Below, in pieces: positions 22,489 to 32,262 of a stretch of 64,000 nucleotides of DNA (positions within the stretch are counted from its first letter, which is position 1; every line of letters starts with the position of its first letter). The stretch spans positions 96,001-160,000 of the forward strand of contig JAMOPO010000027.1 in the NCBI GenBank assembly GCA_027064425.1, written 5' to 3'. The notes under the pieces were generated by a model. The model had not been told where the DNA came from. It ran no database searches and worked only from the letters and a program-made list of their open reading frames with translations. Both the position numbers and the translations under genes were made by a program. The stretch is from Methanobacteriota archaeon (GTDB lineage Archaea > JAADCQ01 > Methanopyri > Methanopyrales > Methanopyraceae).

Positions 22489-24971
22489 GCGTGAAGGCCG
22501 TCTACGAGGAGCTCCGGGAGGTCGTGCTCGAGAAGCTGGACAAGGGAGAGGACCCAATACCGCAAATTCTCGGCCAGGACGAGGTCAAAATGCACGTTCT
22601 CTCCGCGCTGATTGCGGGCCGACACGTGCTCATCGAGGGTCCGCCCGGGGTGGGCAAGACCACGCTGGCCCGGGCCATCGCCGACCTGCTGCCGCCGGCC
22701 GAGGCGGTGAAGGGGTGCCCGTTTCACTGTCACCCGGAGGATCCCGTGTGCCCGCTCTGCAAGTCGAAGCCGAAGGACGAGCTCGAGACCGAGGTCATCC
22801 CGGGCCGGGAGCGGTTCGTGCGGATCCAGGGCAGCCCCGACCTAACGCCGGAGGACCTGCTGGGCGACATCGACCCCGTGGCCGCCCTCAAGTACGGGCC
22901 CACCGACCCCCGCGCGTTCACACCGGGCAAGCTGCTGCGAGGTAACCGCGGCGTCGTCTTCTTCGACGAGATCAACCGGTGCCCCGAGAAGCTGCAGAAC
23001 GCGCTCCTTCAGGTTCTGGAGGAGCAGCGGGCCACCATCGCGGGGTACGAGGTGGACTACCCGGCCAACTTCATCATGATCGCGACGATGAACCCGCACG
23101 AGTACGCGGGCACCGAGGAGCTCTCCGAGGTTCTGCTGGACCGCTTCGACACCGTTGAGATGACCTACCCGAAGTCCAAGGAGGTCGAGAAGCAGATCGT
23201 CGTCGAGCGCGGGAAGGACCTGGACGTGGAGGTCCCGGAGCACGTGCTCGAGTTCATCGTTGACCTCGTCAGGGCCACCCGGGAGCACGAGGAGATCGAG
23301 CGGCCGGCGAGCGTCCGGGCCACGATCGGGCTGTACGAGCGGGCCCAGGCCCACGCGGCCCTCGAGGGCCGGTCCGAGGTCGAGATCCAGGACGTCGTGC
23401 AGGTGGCCCCCTCCGTGCTGAAGAAGCGCATCAAGCTGAGCCCACGCGTCCAGCACGTCAAGTCGGAGGAGGAGGTGATCCTGGAGATCATCCGCGAGCT
23501 GCTGGAGGAGAACTACGACATCAAGCTCGAGCAGCTCGACGTCGATCTGGGCGAGGGGGAGGGAAAGGAGGAGGCGGGAAAAGGGAGCCGGGGAAAGGAG
23601 CCTGAGGAGCGGCGCGGGCAGCGGGTGAGGGCTCGCAAGGAGGAGAGTGGGGAGGAGAGTAGTGGGCGGAGCTCCCAGGGCCGATCGAGGGTCCGATCGC
23701 TCGGGTCAACGTCGGCGGCATCGTCCGAGGCCTCGGGCGCGGGCGGCGGGTCCGGGGTCGAGGCGGAAGCCGAGGAAGTCGCCGGGGAGGAGGGTCACCG
23801 TTCGAGCCGCGGCAGGCTGCGTTTCCAGCACCTGACGAAGCGGGATCAGCTGAGGTACGTCGAGGGCGACGAGCGGTACGTGTTCTCGGCCCGGGTGCTC
23901 CGCAGCCTCCTGAACCGGGGAATCGAGTACCTGCGTCCCCATCAGCTCGCGGAGTCGCTGGTCGTGAGCGCGGCTCACATCAAGAGCAAGTACGGGCGCG
24001 AGTTCATCGAGGATATCACCGGGTACGATTACGAGGTGATCGTGCAGCGCCAGCACGACTACTCGTTCATCGACGAGCTCGAGGAGCGCATCCGAGAGCG
24101 TCTCAAGATCCTGGAGGAGCTCGGGTTCATTCGACCCTCCTACCAGGGCGGCGTAAGCATCACGCTGAAGGGCAAGGAGCTGGCGGCCTTCTCCGCGTTG
24201 ATCGAGGAGCTCGAGGCGTTCGAGGGCGAGGAGTTCGGGCACCACGCGTCCAAGCGGCTGAGCGCGCACGGAACGGGGCACCGAGGACACGTCCGCGAGT
24301 ACCGGCGCGGCGATCCGTACAGCAGTATCGACGTGAGGAAGTCCATCCGGACGTCGGTCCGGCGGGGCCGGAAGAAGGTGCTCCCGGAGGACCTTCGAGC
24401 CTGCGATCGGGAGGAGGAGGTCGGTATCGACATCGTCTACGCGATCGACACGTCCGGCAGCATGGCGGGCGACCGGATCGACGCGGCCAAGCGGGCGGCG
24501 ATCGCCCTCACGCACTTCAGCCTCAGGCACCAGGACCGGGTGGGAATCGTTGAGTTCAACTCCAAGGCTCGAGTGGTCACCGACATCACGTCGGACATCG
24601 AGAAGATCATCACGGAGGTGATCTCTCTGAAGCCTGGCGGGGCCACCGACATCGGGGACGCCATCCGCGTGGGCGTGAAGCTGTTCGAGCGGTGCGGGGA
24701 GCGGGACCGGGACTGGCACATGATACTGCTCACGGACGGGGTTCCGACGAAGGGCGAGCCGGACCCGGAGAGCAAGGCCGTGTCCGAGGCGATCGCGGCT
24801 GCCCGGCGCGGCATCACCATCTCCACGATCGGGATCCGGCTGCCCCGGGAGGGCAGGCGCCTCATCGAGCAGATCGCCAGCATCACGGGCGGTCGGTCGT
24901 ACCACATAGCGAGCCCGGAAGAGCTGACGCTGGTCACGCTCAACGAGTACAGGCGGGCGAAGATCAGTTGA
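22485..24971 (+). CDS. Chelatase ChlI/ChlD-like AAA+ ATPase fused to a vWA domain
   Basis: GPPGVGKT, FFDEINR, ATMNP; low-complexity linker; MIDAS DTSGSM, T, TDG. Confidence 0.88.
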   Translation: MSVKAVYEELREVVLEKLDKGEDPIPQILGQDEVKMHVLSALIAGRHVLIEGPPGVGKTTLARAIADLLPPAEAVKGCPFHCHPEDPVCPLCKSKPKDELETEVIPGRERFVRIQGSPDLTPEDLLGDIDPVAALKYGPTDPRAFTPGKLLRGNRGVVFFDEINRCPEKLQNALLQVLEEQRATIAGYEVDYPANFIMIATMNPHEYAGTEELSEVLLDRFDTVEMTYPKSKEVEKQIVVERGKDLDVEVPEHVLEFIVDLVRATREHEEIERPASVRATIGLYERAQAHAALEGRSEVEIQDVVQVAPSVLKKRIKLSPRVQHVKSEEEVILEIIRELLEENYDIKLEQLDVDLGEGEGKEEAGKGSRGKEPEERRGQRVRARKEESGEESSGRSSQGRSRVRSLGSTSAASSEASGAGGGSGVEAEAEEVAGEEGHRSSRGRLRFQHLTKRDQLRYVEGDERYVFSARVLRSLLNRGIEYLRPHQLAESLVVSAAHIKSKYGREFIEDITGYDYEVIVQRQHDYSFIDELEERIRERLKILEELGFIRPSYQGGVSITLKGKELAAFSALIEELEAFEGEEFGHHASKRLSAHGTGHRGHVREYRRGDPYSSIDVRKSIRTSVRRGRKKVLPEDLRACDREEEVGIDIVYAIDTSGSMAGDRIDAAKRAAIALTHFSLRHQDRVGIVEFNSKARVVTDITSDIEKIITEVISLKPGGATDIGDAIRVGVKLFERCGERDRDWHMILLTDGVPTKGEPDPESKAVSEAIAAARRGITISTIGIRLPREGRRLIEQIASITGGRSYHIASPEELTLVTLNEYRRAKIS

Positions 24972-26032
24972 CGGTGGTAGGGGTCGTCGCGGCCTCTGAG
25001 CTGGCGGAGCGGGAGGTCCTGAGGGAGGCCGAGCGGCGACTGAGGGAGCTGGGGCTGGACGGTGTCGAGACCGTCACCGACCCGGAGGATGTGCCCGACG
25101 ATCCCGCGGTCGTCCTGGTCGCCACCGGTGGAACGGAGGACATCTTGGAGTCGATGATGGAGGAGTGTCCGGCCCTGCTCCCACTGTACTGGCCGTCCTA
25201 CAACTCGCTCGCCGCCGCGGTCGAGGTCGGCCTGTCGCCGGTGAGCGTGGAGGGTTGCGACGCCGTGGTCGAAGCCTTCCGGCGGCTCGTTGAGCGGAGA
25301 GTGCTCGTGCTGGAAGGCAAGTGCAGGTGGGTTCGGAGCGAGGAGCCGGATGAGTTGCCCTACCTGAACGTGGCCACCGTGAACGTGGACGACCTCGGTG
25401 AGGTCGAGCCCGCGATCCGGAAGGTTAAGCGCCTGCTTTCCTCGGCGGGCGTCGACCCGGGGAGCTTGGATGAGGAGTTCCTGGAGCTGGCGGGACGGTT
25501 GCACGCGCTGGCCGAACGTGAGGGCGCGGACGTGATCACGGGCGACTGCTTTGGCCTGTACGAGGAGTACGGCGCGGTGCCCTGTCTCTACTTCTCGGCT
25601 CGGACCGGGTACTGCTGCGAGGGGGACGCGACCGCGCTCCTTACCGTGCTGGCCTGTCGGGATCAGCCGTTCGTCGCCAACGTGGTGGAGCTCGCCGAGG
25701 ACCGGGTGCGGCTGGCTCACTGCGCCTGCCCGGTGGAGCTCGTGGACGACCCCCGGCCCTGCGATCACATGGAGACCGGGGCGCCCCACGCGGTCCGGGG
25801 CACCGTCCGTTCGGGCGAGCTCGGGCTGGTCAGGTTCCCGGACGTGTGGCGCGTCGAGGCCGTGGAGACGGAGTGGCGGGAGGATCAGTGCCGGGTCCAG
25901 GCGGAGGTGGTCGTCGGCGAGGGGTTCAGGCCCCGGGGGAACCACCACTGCCTGGTGCGGGTGAAGGAGGCTGAGGTCCTCGAGCGGCTGTTCTCGTCGG
26001 TGGTACTGTCGCGGTCGCCGTCAGCCGAGTGA
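24968..26032 (+). CDS. L-fucose/L-arabinose isomerase-like protein
   Basis: TGGTE, NSLAAA.E, CEGD, LAHC, CR.Q, GNHH motifs. Confidence 0.7.
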   Translation: MTVVGVVAASELAEREVLREAERRLRELGLDGVETVTDPEDVPDDPAVVLVATGGTEDILESMMEECPALLPLYWPSYNSLAAAVEVGLSPVSVEGCDAVVEAFRRLVERRVLVLEGKCRWVRSEEPDELPYLNVATVNVDDLGEVEPAIRKVKRLLSSAGVDPGSLDEEFLELAGRLHALAEREGADVITGDCFGLYEEYGAVPCLYFSARTGYCCEGDATALLTVLACRDQPFVANVVELAEDRVRLAHCACPVELVDDPRPCDHMETGAPHAVRGTVRSGELGLVRFPDVWRVEAVETEWREDQCRVQAEVVVGEGFRPRGNHHCLVRVKEAEVLERLFSSVVLSRSPSAE

Positions 26033-27643
26033 CCCTCGCATGCGACCCATCTCGAGCAGGAGGTCGCGGACGAAGGGGTTGACCTCCTCGACGCCGCCCT
26101 CCGCGACCACGTATCGCAGGTAGGGTTCCAGCGTATGGACCAGGTTCTGGTACTCGAAGTCGGACGGTGGCTCGAGGTCGAGGTACTCGACGCAGTACTC
26201 CAGGTCCGCGTTCACCATGGACACGCCGGAGGTGGGCAGGACGGACCCGGCCGTCTCCAGGAAGGTGTGCTGGACCGCGAACTGCAGGTCCTCGCGGAGC
26301 ATCGGGTACAGCCGGGAGATCACGGCGTCCAGGGCGTCCTCGCCCAGGCGCTCCTCCACCTCGGCGAGTCCCCGGCCGGTGCCGATGAGCTCGGGCGGCA
26401 TCCCAACGGTGTAACACGCGCCGGTGAACTTGATCGCTCGTGGCAGCTCCGGCAGCTTCTCGACGCGCATTCGCCGGAGCTCTCGGTAGAGCTCGCGCCC
26501 CACGTCGTCGTTCACCTGCTTGCAGAGCTTCCCGACCTTGTCCGGCTCGGGGATGTCCCGGGCGTAGCCGACGGGTCCCTTACGGGCGAGCCGGTCCCGG
26601 GTGTTGGGGATTAGGTCCGAGATGATGTTGAGCGTGCCGATGCACCGGTAGAAGACGCTCAAGTAGTGCTTCACGAAGATCCCGGTCGCGAGGATCAGGT
26701 ACTCGACCTCGTCGTCTGAGAGCTCGATCGGCTCGTTGGCGGCGAGGTCGTTGATTCGGCGGATGGACCGGATGACCTCGTCCTCGTCGTGGTCGTACCG
26801 GAACCCGGACTGGATGGTGTACGTGGCCGCGCCGGCGTACTCCTCGGTGAAGTCGTCCTCCGCGCCCGGCTTGATGTGTCCGCGGAAGGGCAGGCAGCCG
26901 CCGCCCAGGATGGGGGCCATCGGGATCCCGAGCTCGTCCGCGAGCTCGTAAACCTGGAAGATCGCGTACTTGCAGGCCAGCACGGCCGGGACGTGACCGT
27001 AGGACAGGGCCGGATCGGAGCGCCCGATAAAGACTCGGAGGTAGCTGACGTCCATCCCGATGTCGCGCATCCCGTTGATGTACCCTTTCAGGATGCTGCG
27101 GATGGTCAGGAGCTCGGGCACCTCCTCGATGAGCGGGATGATGCGCAGGTGGCCCGCGCTCAGCGGGATGTCCAGCTCGCGGGAGGCGAACCGCCGGGCG
27201 TAGGATATGCGGTCCGCGGTGTCCAGCAGCTCCTCCGGGGAGGAGGTCATCGGGTGGACGACCTCGAAGATTCCTCGAGCGTCGGGATCCTCCTTAAGCA
27301 GCTCCGAGTTGGCCTCCATCACGCCCAGCAGCGCCTGGATCTGGCGGAGGACGTTCTCCTTCGACGCGCTCGGCACGCGGACGATCACGAACTTATCCTC
27401 GCCGACCTCGACGCCCGCCTCGTGCAGCTCCATGAGCACCTGGATGGGCTGCAGGTAGGGCGTGAGCTTGCCCTCGAAGTCGATCATGTACTCCTCAGCG
27501 TCGTACTTCGTGAGACACTCGACGGCCTCCTCGGGCTCCTCCTGAACCCGCACGGACTTGGTCGCGTCCGGGTGTTGCGTCGCGAGCGTCCGCGCGATCC
27601 TCGCCTCGCGTACCCTCTCCACCTCTCTCACGACCTCGTTCAA
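26021..27643 (-). CDS. ppcA: Archaeal-type phosphoenolpyruvate carboxylase
   Basis: ATQHPD, DFEGK, RSDPALSYG, GCLPFRG, LPRAIKF, R.SLG end. Confidence 0.96.
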   Translation of the reverse strand: MNEVVREVERVREARIARTLATQHPDATKSVRVQEEPEEAVECLTKYDAEEYMIDFEGKLTPYLQPIQVLMELHEAGVEVGEDKFVIVRVPSASKENVLRQIQALLGVMEANSELLKEDPDARGIFEVVHPMTSSPEELLDTADRISYARRFASRELDIPLSAGHLRIIPLIEEVPELLTIRSILKGYINGMRDIGMDVSYLRVFIGRSDPALSYGHVPAVLACKYAIFQVYELADELGIPMAPILGGGCLPFRGHIKPGAEDDFTEEYAGAATYTIQSGFRYDHDEDEVIRSIRRINDLAANEPIELSDDEVEYLILATGIFVKHYLSVFYRCIGTLNIISDLIPNTRDRLARKGPVGYARDIPEPDKVGKLCKQVNDDVGRELYRELRRMRVEKLPELPRAIKFTGACYTVGMPPELIGTGRGLAEVEERLGEDALDAVISRLYPMLREDLQFAVQHTFLETAGSVLPTSGVSMVNADLEYCVEYLDLEPPSDFEYQNLVHTLEPYLRYVVAEGGVEEVNPFVRDLLLEMGRMRGSLG

Positions 27644-27671
27644 GGCGCGAGGGCCCGATGGGGAGGGCGGG

Positions 27672-28571
27672 TCAGGCGCTCAAAATGTTACTCCCCAGCG
27701 CCTTCCTGACCTCCTCCACGTGCTCCGGATCCCAGTCTACGCGATCCAGCTCCCTCTCCATCTTGGACAGCGTGCGCTCGTCCGTCAGCGGGCCCGACCA
27801 GACGTAGCCCACCCCGGGCTCCCGGCGCAGGTTTTCGAGGGCCCGGTTCGCGTACGATTTACCCCGACGACACTCCAGACAGACCCGAACGCGCAGCCTC
27901 GGCTCCACGAGGCAGTACCGGGGGAACGCCCCCACGTCGACCGAGGCGGCCAGGCGCACGAGGGTGCCCACGATGGCGCGCGCCTCGAGCTCCGGGTCCC
28001 GCTCCTGGAGGGGCCCCTCGAGAAGGTACTTCCGCCGGGCGGCTGGGGTGTAGAGCGACTCCAGGTCCGTGGCCGTGAGGTGGACGTACCCGTCCCCCAC
28101 GCCTCGAAACGCGACCTGAGCGAACGGAACGGGGGACCCGTGCACGTCCAAGTCCACCGCGTCGAGGTCGAAGCTGGCCAGGACGATCGCCGCGTCGTGA
28201 CAGTAGACCTGCGCCTTGAGACCATGCCTTCGCACGTTCATCCGCGCGACGCGGCAGGCGAGCGGGTTCACGTCGGACAGCACGGACTCCTCGACGCCCG
28301 CCTCGAGGTGCAGGCGAACGGCCCGCGCCCCCACACCGCAGAACACGTCTCCGAACCGGGAGATCCGATTCACCCGGTGAAACAGCACCAGGATCGACCG
28401 GTTCACCGCGGCGTTCGGGGCGAAGGCGATCGGGGAGTCCTTGGAGGGGAGGCCGCCCTCGCAGTACCGGTTAGGGTCGGGGACGTAGAACTCCGACGAT
28501 CCCTCCCGGTAAAGGACGAGATCAGCGCCTGCGACCCTCTTCACCCCTCCGTCGGTCCTCACCCTCATCAT
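27672..28571 (-). CDS. Short Trm1-like tRNA N2-guanine methyltransferase paralog
   Basis: NRS, CGVGARAVR, DVNP.A, DLDVHGSP.PF, TATD. Confidence 0.75.
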   Translation of the reverse strand: MMRVRTDGGVKRVAGADLVLYREGSSEFYVPDPNRYCEGGLPSKDSPIAFAPNAAVNRSILVLFHRVNRISRFGDVFCGVGARAVRLHLEAGVEESVLSDVNPLACRVARMNVRRHGLKAQVYCHDAAIVLASFDLDAVDLDVHGSPVPFAQVAFRGVGDGYVHLTATDLESLYTPAARRKYLLEGPLQERDPELEARAIVGTLVRLAASVDVGAFPRYCLVEPRLRVRVCLECRRGKSYANRALENLRREPGVGYVWSGPLTDERTLSKMERELDRVDWDPEHVEEVRKALGSNILSA

Positions 28572-29898
28572 CCCCGGGTTCCACGAGCGAGTGGCACGGG
28601 TACGTCCACGAAAGTTCTCCGGGGACGATCCCCAGCCACTCGTCGGCGAAGGCCAGCTCCCAGGGCTCCAGCCACTCCACCAGCTCGGCGAAGGGTCTCC
28701 TGAGCCCCTTTACGAGCCTTCGCCCCTCGAGTGACCCGAACCGCTCGCGGAGACGGCGCCGGTACAGGTGCAGCTCCGGCCGGCCCTTGGACACGTCGTC
28801 AAACACGAAGACGCTGCGCTTCGTCCCGGGCACCCACCGCTCCAGCTCCTCGCCTCGGCGGGACAGCTCCTCCATCCCGCGCCACGCGGCCGGGTGCGTG
28901 CGGCAGACCGACTCAGCGAGCTCCCACAGCTCGCCGGAGGCGATCGCCTGCCGGACGGTGCGGACTATCCGGTGGAGCTCGTAGAGGTTGTGCCGGGCGA
29001 GGAGCTCCGTCCGCTCATCTTCGTCCATCTCCCGCAGCTCCTGCGGGTCGTGCTTGGTGCAGACCGGGCAGGAGCACGGGAACTCCCGCAGCTCCTCCAG
29101 CTTGATGGTCCCGAGCGCGGACAGGTACCGGCCGGTCCTCGCGTAGATCGCGTAGGAGGCGGAGTCGAACAGGTCGCACCCCATGCAGACGGCCAGCGGG
29201 ATCGCCAGCGGGTGACCGCAGCCGAAGAGGTGGACCGGTCGGTGGGGCGGTAGGGCGGACTTGGCGGCGAGGACGACCCGGACGACGTCGGCGAACCGGT
29301 AGTCCTCCAGCAGGGGCACCACGCCGCCGATGGGGTACACCGCGGCCGGGAGCTCGGAGAGCCGCTCGGCGCAGGACCGCCGCAGGTCCTCGTAGGTGGA
29401 CCCCTGCACGGTCAGCGCCAGTGGCGGGCGCTCCTCCAGCGAGACGGCCTCACGCGCCCGCTTAACGGTCGTTTCCACGTCCTTTTCAGCCCGTTCCCTG
29501 GGAGCGTCCGGCGGCGTCGGGATGTCAAGGATGGTTCCGACGTCCGATCCGATCCTGGACTGGAACTCCACGATCTCCCGGTTGGTCACGTCCACGTCGC
29601 CGTACTCCGCGAGCTGGAAGGAGCCGGAGTCGGTCATCACGAACCCATCGAACTCCAGCAGCCCGTGCACGCCGCGTTCCAGCGCCTTCTCCCGCAGGTG
29701 CTCGTGCTTCCTGATGATGTAGGAGTTGGTGATCACACCGTCGAAGCCCATCCGCTCGATCTCCTTGGGCGGGACCACCAGGTCGTTGGGGTTAATGACC
29801 GGGAGCAGGGCGGGGGTCTCGAGCCGGCGTCCGTTTACCTCGAACCGGGCGAGCCGGCCGGCGACGTCTCGATCCCTCACCTCGAACCGGACCTCCAA
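28522..29898 (-). CDS. tgtA: Archaeosine tRNA-guanine(15) transglycosylase, lacking the C-terminal PUA domain
   Basis: ETPALLPVINP, MTDSGSFQ, HLFG.GHP, DLFDSASY, CSCPVC. Confidence 0.95.
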   Translation of the reverse strand: MEVRFEVRDRDVAGRLARFEVNGRRLETPALLPVINPNDLVVPPKEIERMGFDGVITNSYIIRKHEHLREKALERGVHGLLEFDGFVMTDSGSFQLAEYGDVDVTNREIVEFQSRIGSDVGTILDIPTPPDAPRERAEKDVETTVKRAREAVSLEERPPLALTVQGSTYEDLRRSCAERLSELPAAVYPIGGVVPLLEDYRFADVVRVVLAAKSALPPHRPVHLFGCGHPLAIPLAVCMGCDLFDSASYAIYARTGRYLSALGTIKLEELREFPCSCPVCTKHDPQELREMDEDERTELLARHNLYELHRIVRTVRQAIASGELWELAESVCRTHPAAWRGMEELSRRGEELERWVPGTKRSVFVFDDVSKGRPELHLYRRRLRERFGSLEGRRLVKGLRRPFAELVEWLEPWELAFADEWLGIVPGELSWTYPCHSLVEPGDDEGEDRRRGEEGRRR

Positions 29899-29902
29899 CG
29901 GA

Positions 29903-30574
29903 TCACACCCTCACGAACACCGTGACGGCGACCTCTTCCTCCAGCACGCTCGCGAGCTCGTTCGGGTCGGGTCCGGACTCCTTCCCGTCCTTTCCCACGT
30001 ACCGCTGGACGACGACGTAGTCCGGATCGATCTCTTTGACGGACTCGATCAGCGGCTCACAGTCGTCCGGCAGGTACGGGTGCGCGGTGATTCTAAGCTC
30101 CAGCTCGGCCCGGCCGCGGACGGCCTGGACCGCGCGCCTCAGCTCGGCCGCGTCCATGACATCACCGGTCGCCCTGAGGTAGGCCTCGTCCCGCAGCGGG
30201 GCCTTCAGGTCGAGCGCGACCCGATCGAAGGAGTCCGCCACGCGGTCCAGGCGCTCCGCCGGGTACCCCGAGGTGTCGAGGACGGGGGATAGGTCCATCC
30301 GGCGGATCAGGCGACAGAGCTCTCGGAGCTCGTCGATCGGCTGGGCGAGCGGCTCACCACCCGAGACGATGACGGCGTCCAGGTAGTCCGCGTACCTCTC
30401 GATCTCTCCAGCCACCTCGCTCGGGCCCATGTCGGTGCCGCCGTCCGGCGGGCGCAGCTCGGGGTTGTGGCACCACGGGCACCGCAGCGGGCATCCCTGG
30501 GTCCAGACTACCGAGCACACCTCTCCGGGCAGCCCGTCCGAGCAGCTGATGACTCTGAGTCCGGCGACCTTCAG
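29903..30574 (-). CDS. Radical SAM activase (NrdG/PflA-like)
   Basis: GCPLRCPWCHN, SGGEP, LDTSG, DLKAP; frame open upstream to CTG at 30574. Confidence 0.85.
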   Translation of the reverse strand: MKVAGLRVISCSDGLPGEVCSVVWTQGCPLRCPWCHNPELRPPDGGTDMGPSEVAGEIERYADYLDAVIVSGGEPLAQPIDELRELCRLIRRMDLSPVLDTSGYPAERLDRVADSFDRVALDLKAPLRDEAYLRATGDVMDAAELRRAVQAVRGRAELELRITAHPYLPDDCEPLIESVKEIDPDYVVVQRYVGKDGKESGPDPNELASVLEEEVAVTVFVRV

Positions 30575-30589
30575 TGCGCTTCCCCCTCC

Positions 30590-31225
30590 TCACATGAACT
30601 CGTCGAGCGTGGACTGCTTCCGCTCGGAGGCGACGCGATCGTAGGTGCTCCAGGACCTGCGAAAGTAGTCCAGCAGCGGTCCCCGGCGCTCCAGCTCCCG
30701 CCTGAGCGCCTCAATGGTCCTAGGGTCGGATGGGTACCCGGAGCCCACGCTGGCCCCGAACTCCCGCTCCAGCAACCTGACGATCCAGTCCCGGTAGGTT
30801 TTGGCAACGATGGACGCGGCGGACACGATCTCGTAACGCTCGTCCGCCCGGTCCTCCGCGATGACTTTCACGTCTGAGGGCGGTCGAAGCTCCCGCTTCA
30901 CCCGCTCGGGATCGTAGTTCCCCGGCTTGTCGACGAGGACCAGGTCCGGATCGTGCCTGCGAATCAGCGCGCTCATCGCCCGGAAGCCGGCCTCGCTGAC
31001 CCCCTCCTCGTCGATCTCCCAGGGCCAGACGACCTCAACGTCCACCTTCAGCCGCTCATCCCTGAGAAGCTCCAGCAGCTTCCTCCTCCGGGCTCCGGGA
31101 GTCAGCCGCTTGGAGTCCCTGGCGCCCACTCCCAGCTCCTTGTCGGGTCCGAGGACGCCGGCCACTACCATTGGGCCGAACACCGGGCCCCGACCCGCCT
31201 CGTCGATCCCCAGTACCCCGCTCAC
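30590..31225 (-). CDS. rnhB: Ribonuclease HII
   Basis: GIDEAGRGPV.GP, RDSK, SAASIVAK, GSGYPSDP.T, PIP box QSTLDEF. Confidence 0.97.
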   Translation of the reverse strand: MSGVLGIDEAGRGPVFGPMVVAGVLGPDKELGVGARDSKRLTPGARRRKLLELLRDERLKVDVEVVWPWEIDEEGVSEAGFRAMSALIRRHDPDLVLVDKPGNYDPERVKRELRPPSDVKVIAEDRADERYEIVSAASIVAKTYRDWIVRLLEREFGASVGSGYPSDPRTIEALRRELERRGPLLDYFRRSWSTYDRVASERKQSTLDEFM

Positions 31226-31267
31226 CTTTTGTAACCCCCGTCCCGCCGGGTGGCGGCGGGGCTGAGC

Positions 31268-31591
31268 ATGGAGGACCTGGAGGAGGCGCTAGAGACGCTG
31301 GTTCGGTACGGCAGGAAGGAGGAGCTCGAGGAGCTGCCGGGCGATCTCTCCAGCGTGGCCAAGCAGATGCAGAATATCATCAACACGGGGGGCAGGTACG
31401 AGATAGTGGTCGAGGAGGGCGAGGAGGGGGCCAAGGTGACGGTCTATACCTTGCGCCGCTCGCGAAGGCTCGGCACCTCCAAGTACCCGGGCTGGGAGCG
31501 GACGAAGAAGATCGCCGAGCTGGAGCTGAGCGAGGAGGAGGTGGAGGAGGTGATGGAGCTGTCGGAGAAGGTCGCGGAGCGAGTCTCCTAG
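31268..31591 (+). CDS. Hypothetical protein
   Basis: Acidic ORF with typical codon usage between rnhB and the creatininase gene. Confidence 0.6.
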   Translation: MEDLEEALETLVRYGRKEELEELPGDLSSVAKQMQNIINTGGRYEIVVEEGEEGAKVTVYTLRRSRRLGTSKYPGWERTKKIAELELSEEEVEEVMELSEKVAERVS

Positions 31592-32262
31592 CCCCTCTCT
31601 CGCAGCTCCTCCACGATCTCCGAGACCCGCCGCACCACCTCCCGGAATATCCTCCTTCCCTTCTCGCGGTCCGCCGGCCTGGGGTCACCCTTCACGCCCG
31701 TCTCCGAGATCTCGTGGTAATCCGGGTACTCCCACACCTCCGTCCTACGACCGTCCTTGACCAGCTCGTCCTCGCGGACCAGCTCAGGGTACAGGTACAT
31801 CATCACCGAGGTCTCCAGCTCGTCCGCGTGCCCGCCCCAGTCGGTCTCCAGCACGTCCGTGGGCGCCAGCCTCCACCAGCTGACCCAGTAAAACCGCTCC
31901 TCTTCCTCCGCGACGGTTCCCAGCGCGGGCTCGTTGCCACCGTGCCCGTTGATCGCCAGCGTGGCCGCGGCCCCGTGGTGCAGGAACGACCGATGGATGT
32001 CCCGCAGCAGCCTCACCATGGTCTCCGTCCGCAGGGACACGGTCCCGGGGAACCCCATGTGATGCCGGGAGACGCCGTAGGGCACCGCCGGGTACCAGGG
32101 CGCCCCGGTCCTGCGCGACACCTCCCGGCAGATCGCGGTCGCGATGAGGTGGTCCGTGCCCAGCGGTAGGTGCGGCCCGTGCTGCTCCGTGCTCCCCACG
32201 GGCAGCAGCACGACCTCGCCCTCCAGGTCCACCTCCGGGTGCGGAAGCTTCCGAGCCTCCAC
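31588..32262 (-). CDS. Creatininase-family amidohydrolase (ArfB-like candidate)
   Basis: GSTEQHGPHLPLGTD, NGHGGN, HADELETS. Confidence 0.88.
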   Translation of the reverse strand: MEARKLPHPEVDLEGEVVLLPVGSTEQHGPHLPLGTDHLIATAICREVSRRTGAPWYPAVPYGVSRHHMGFPGTVSLRTETMVRLLRDIHRSFLHHGAAATLAINGHGGNEPALGTVAEEEERFYWVSWWRLAPTDVLETDWGGHADELETSVMMYLYPELVREDELVKDGRRTEVWEYPDYHEISETGVKGDPRPADREKGRRIFREVVRRVSEIVEELRERG

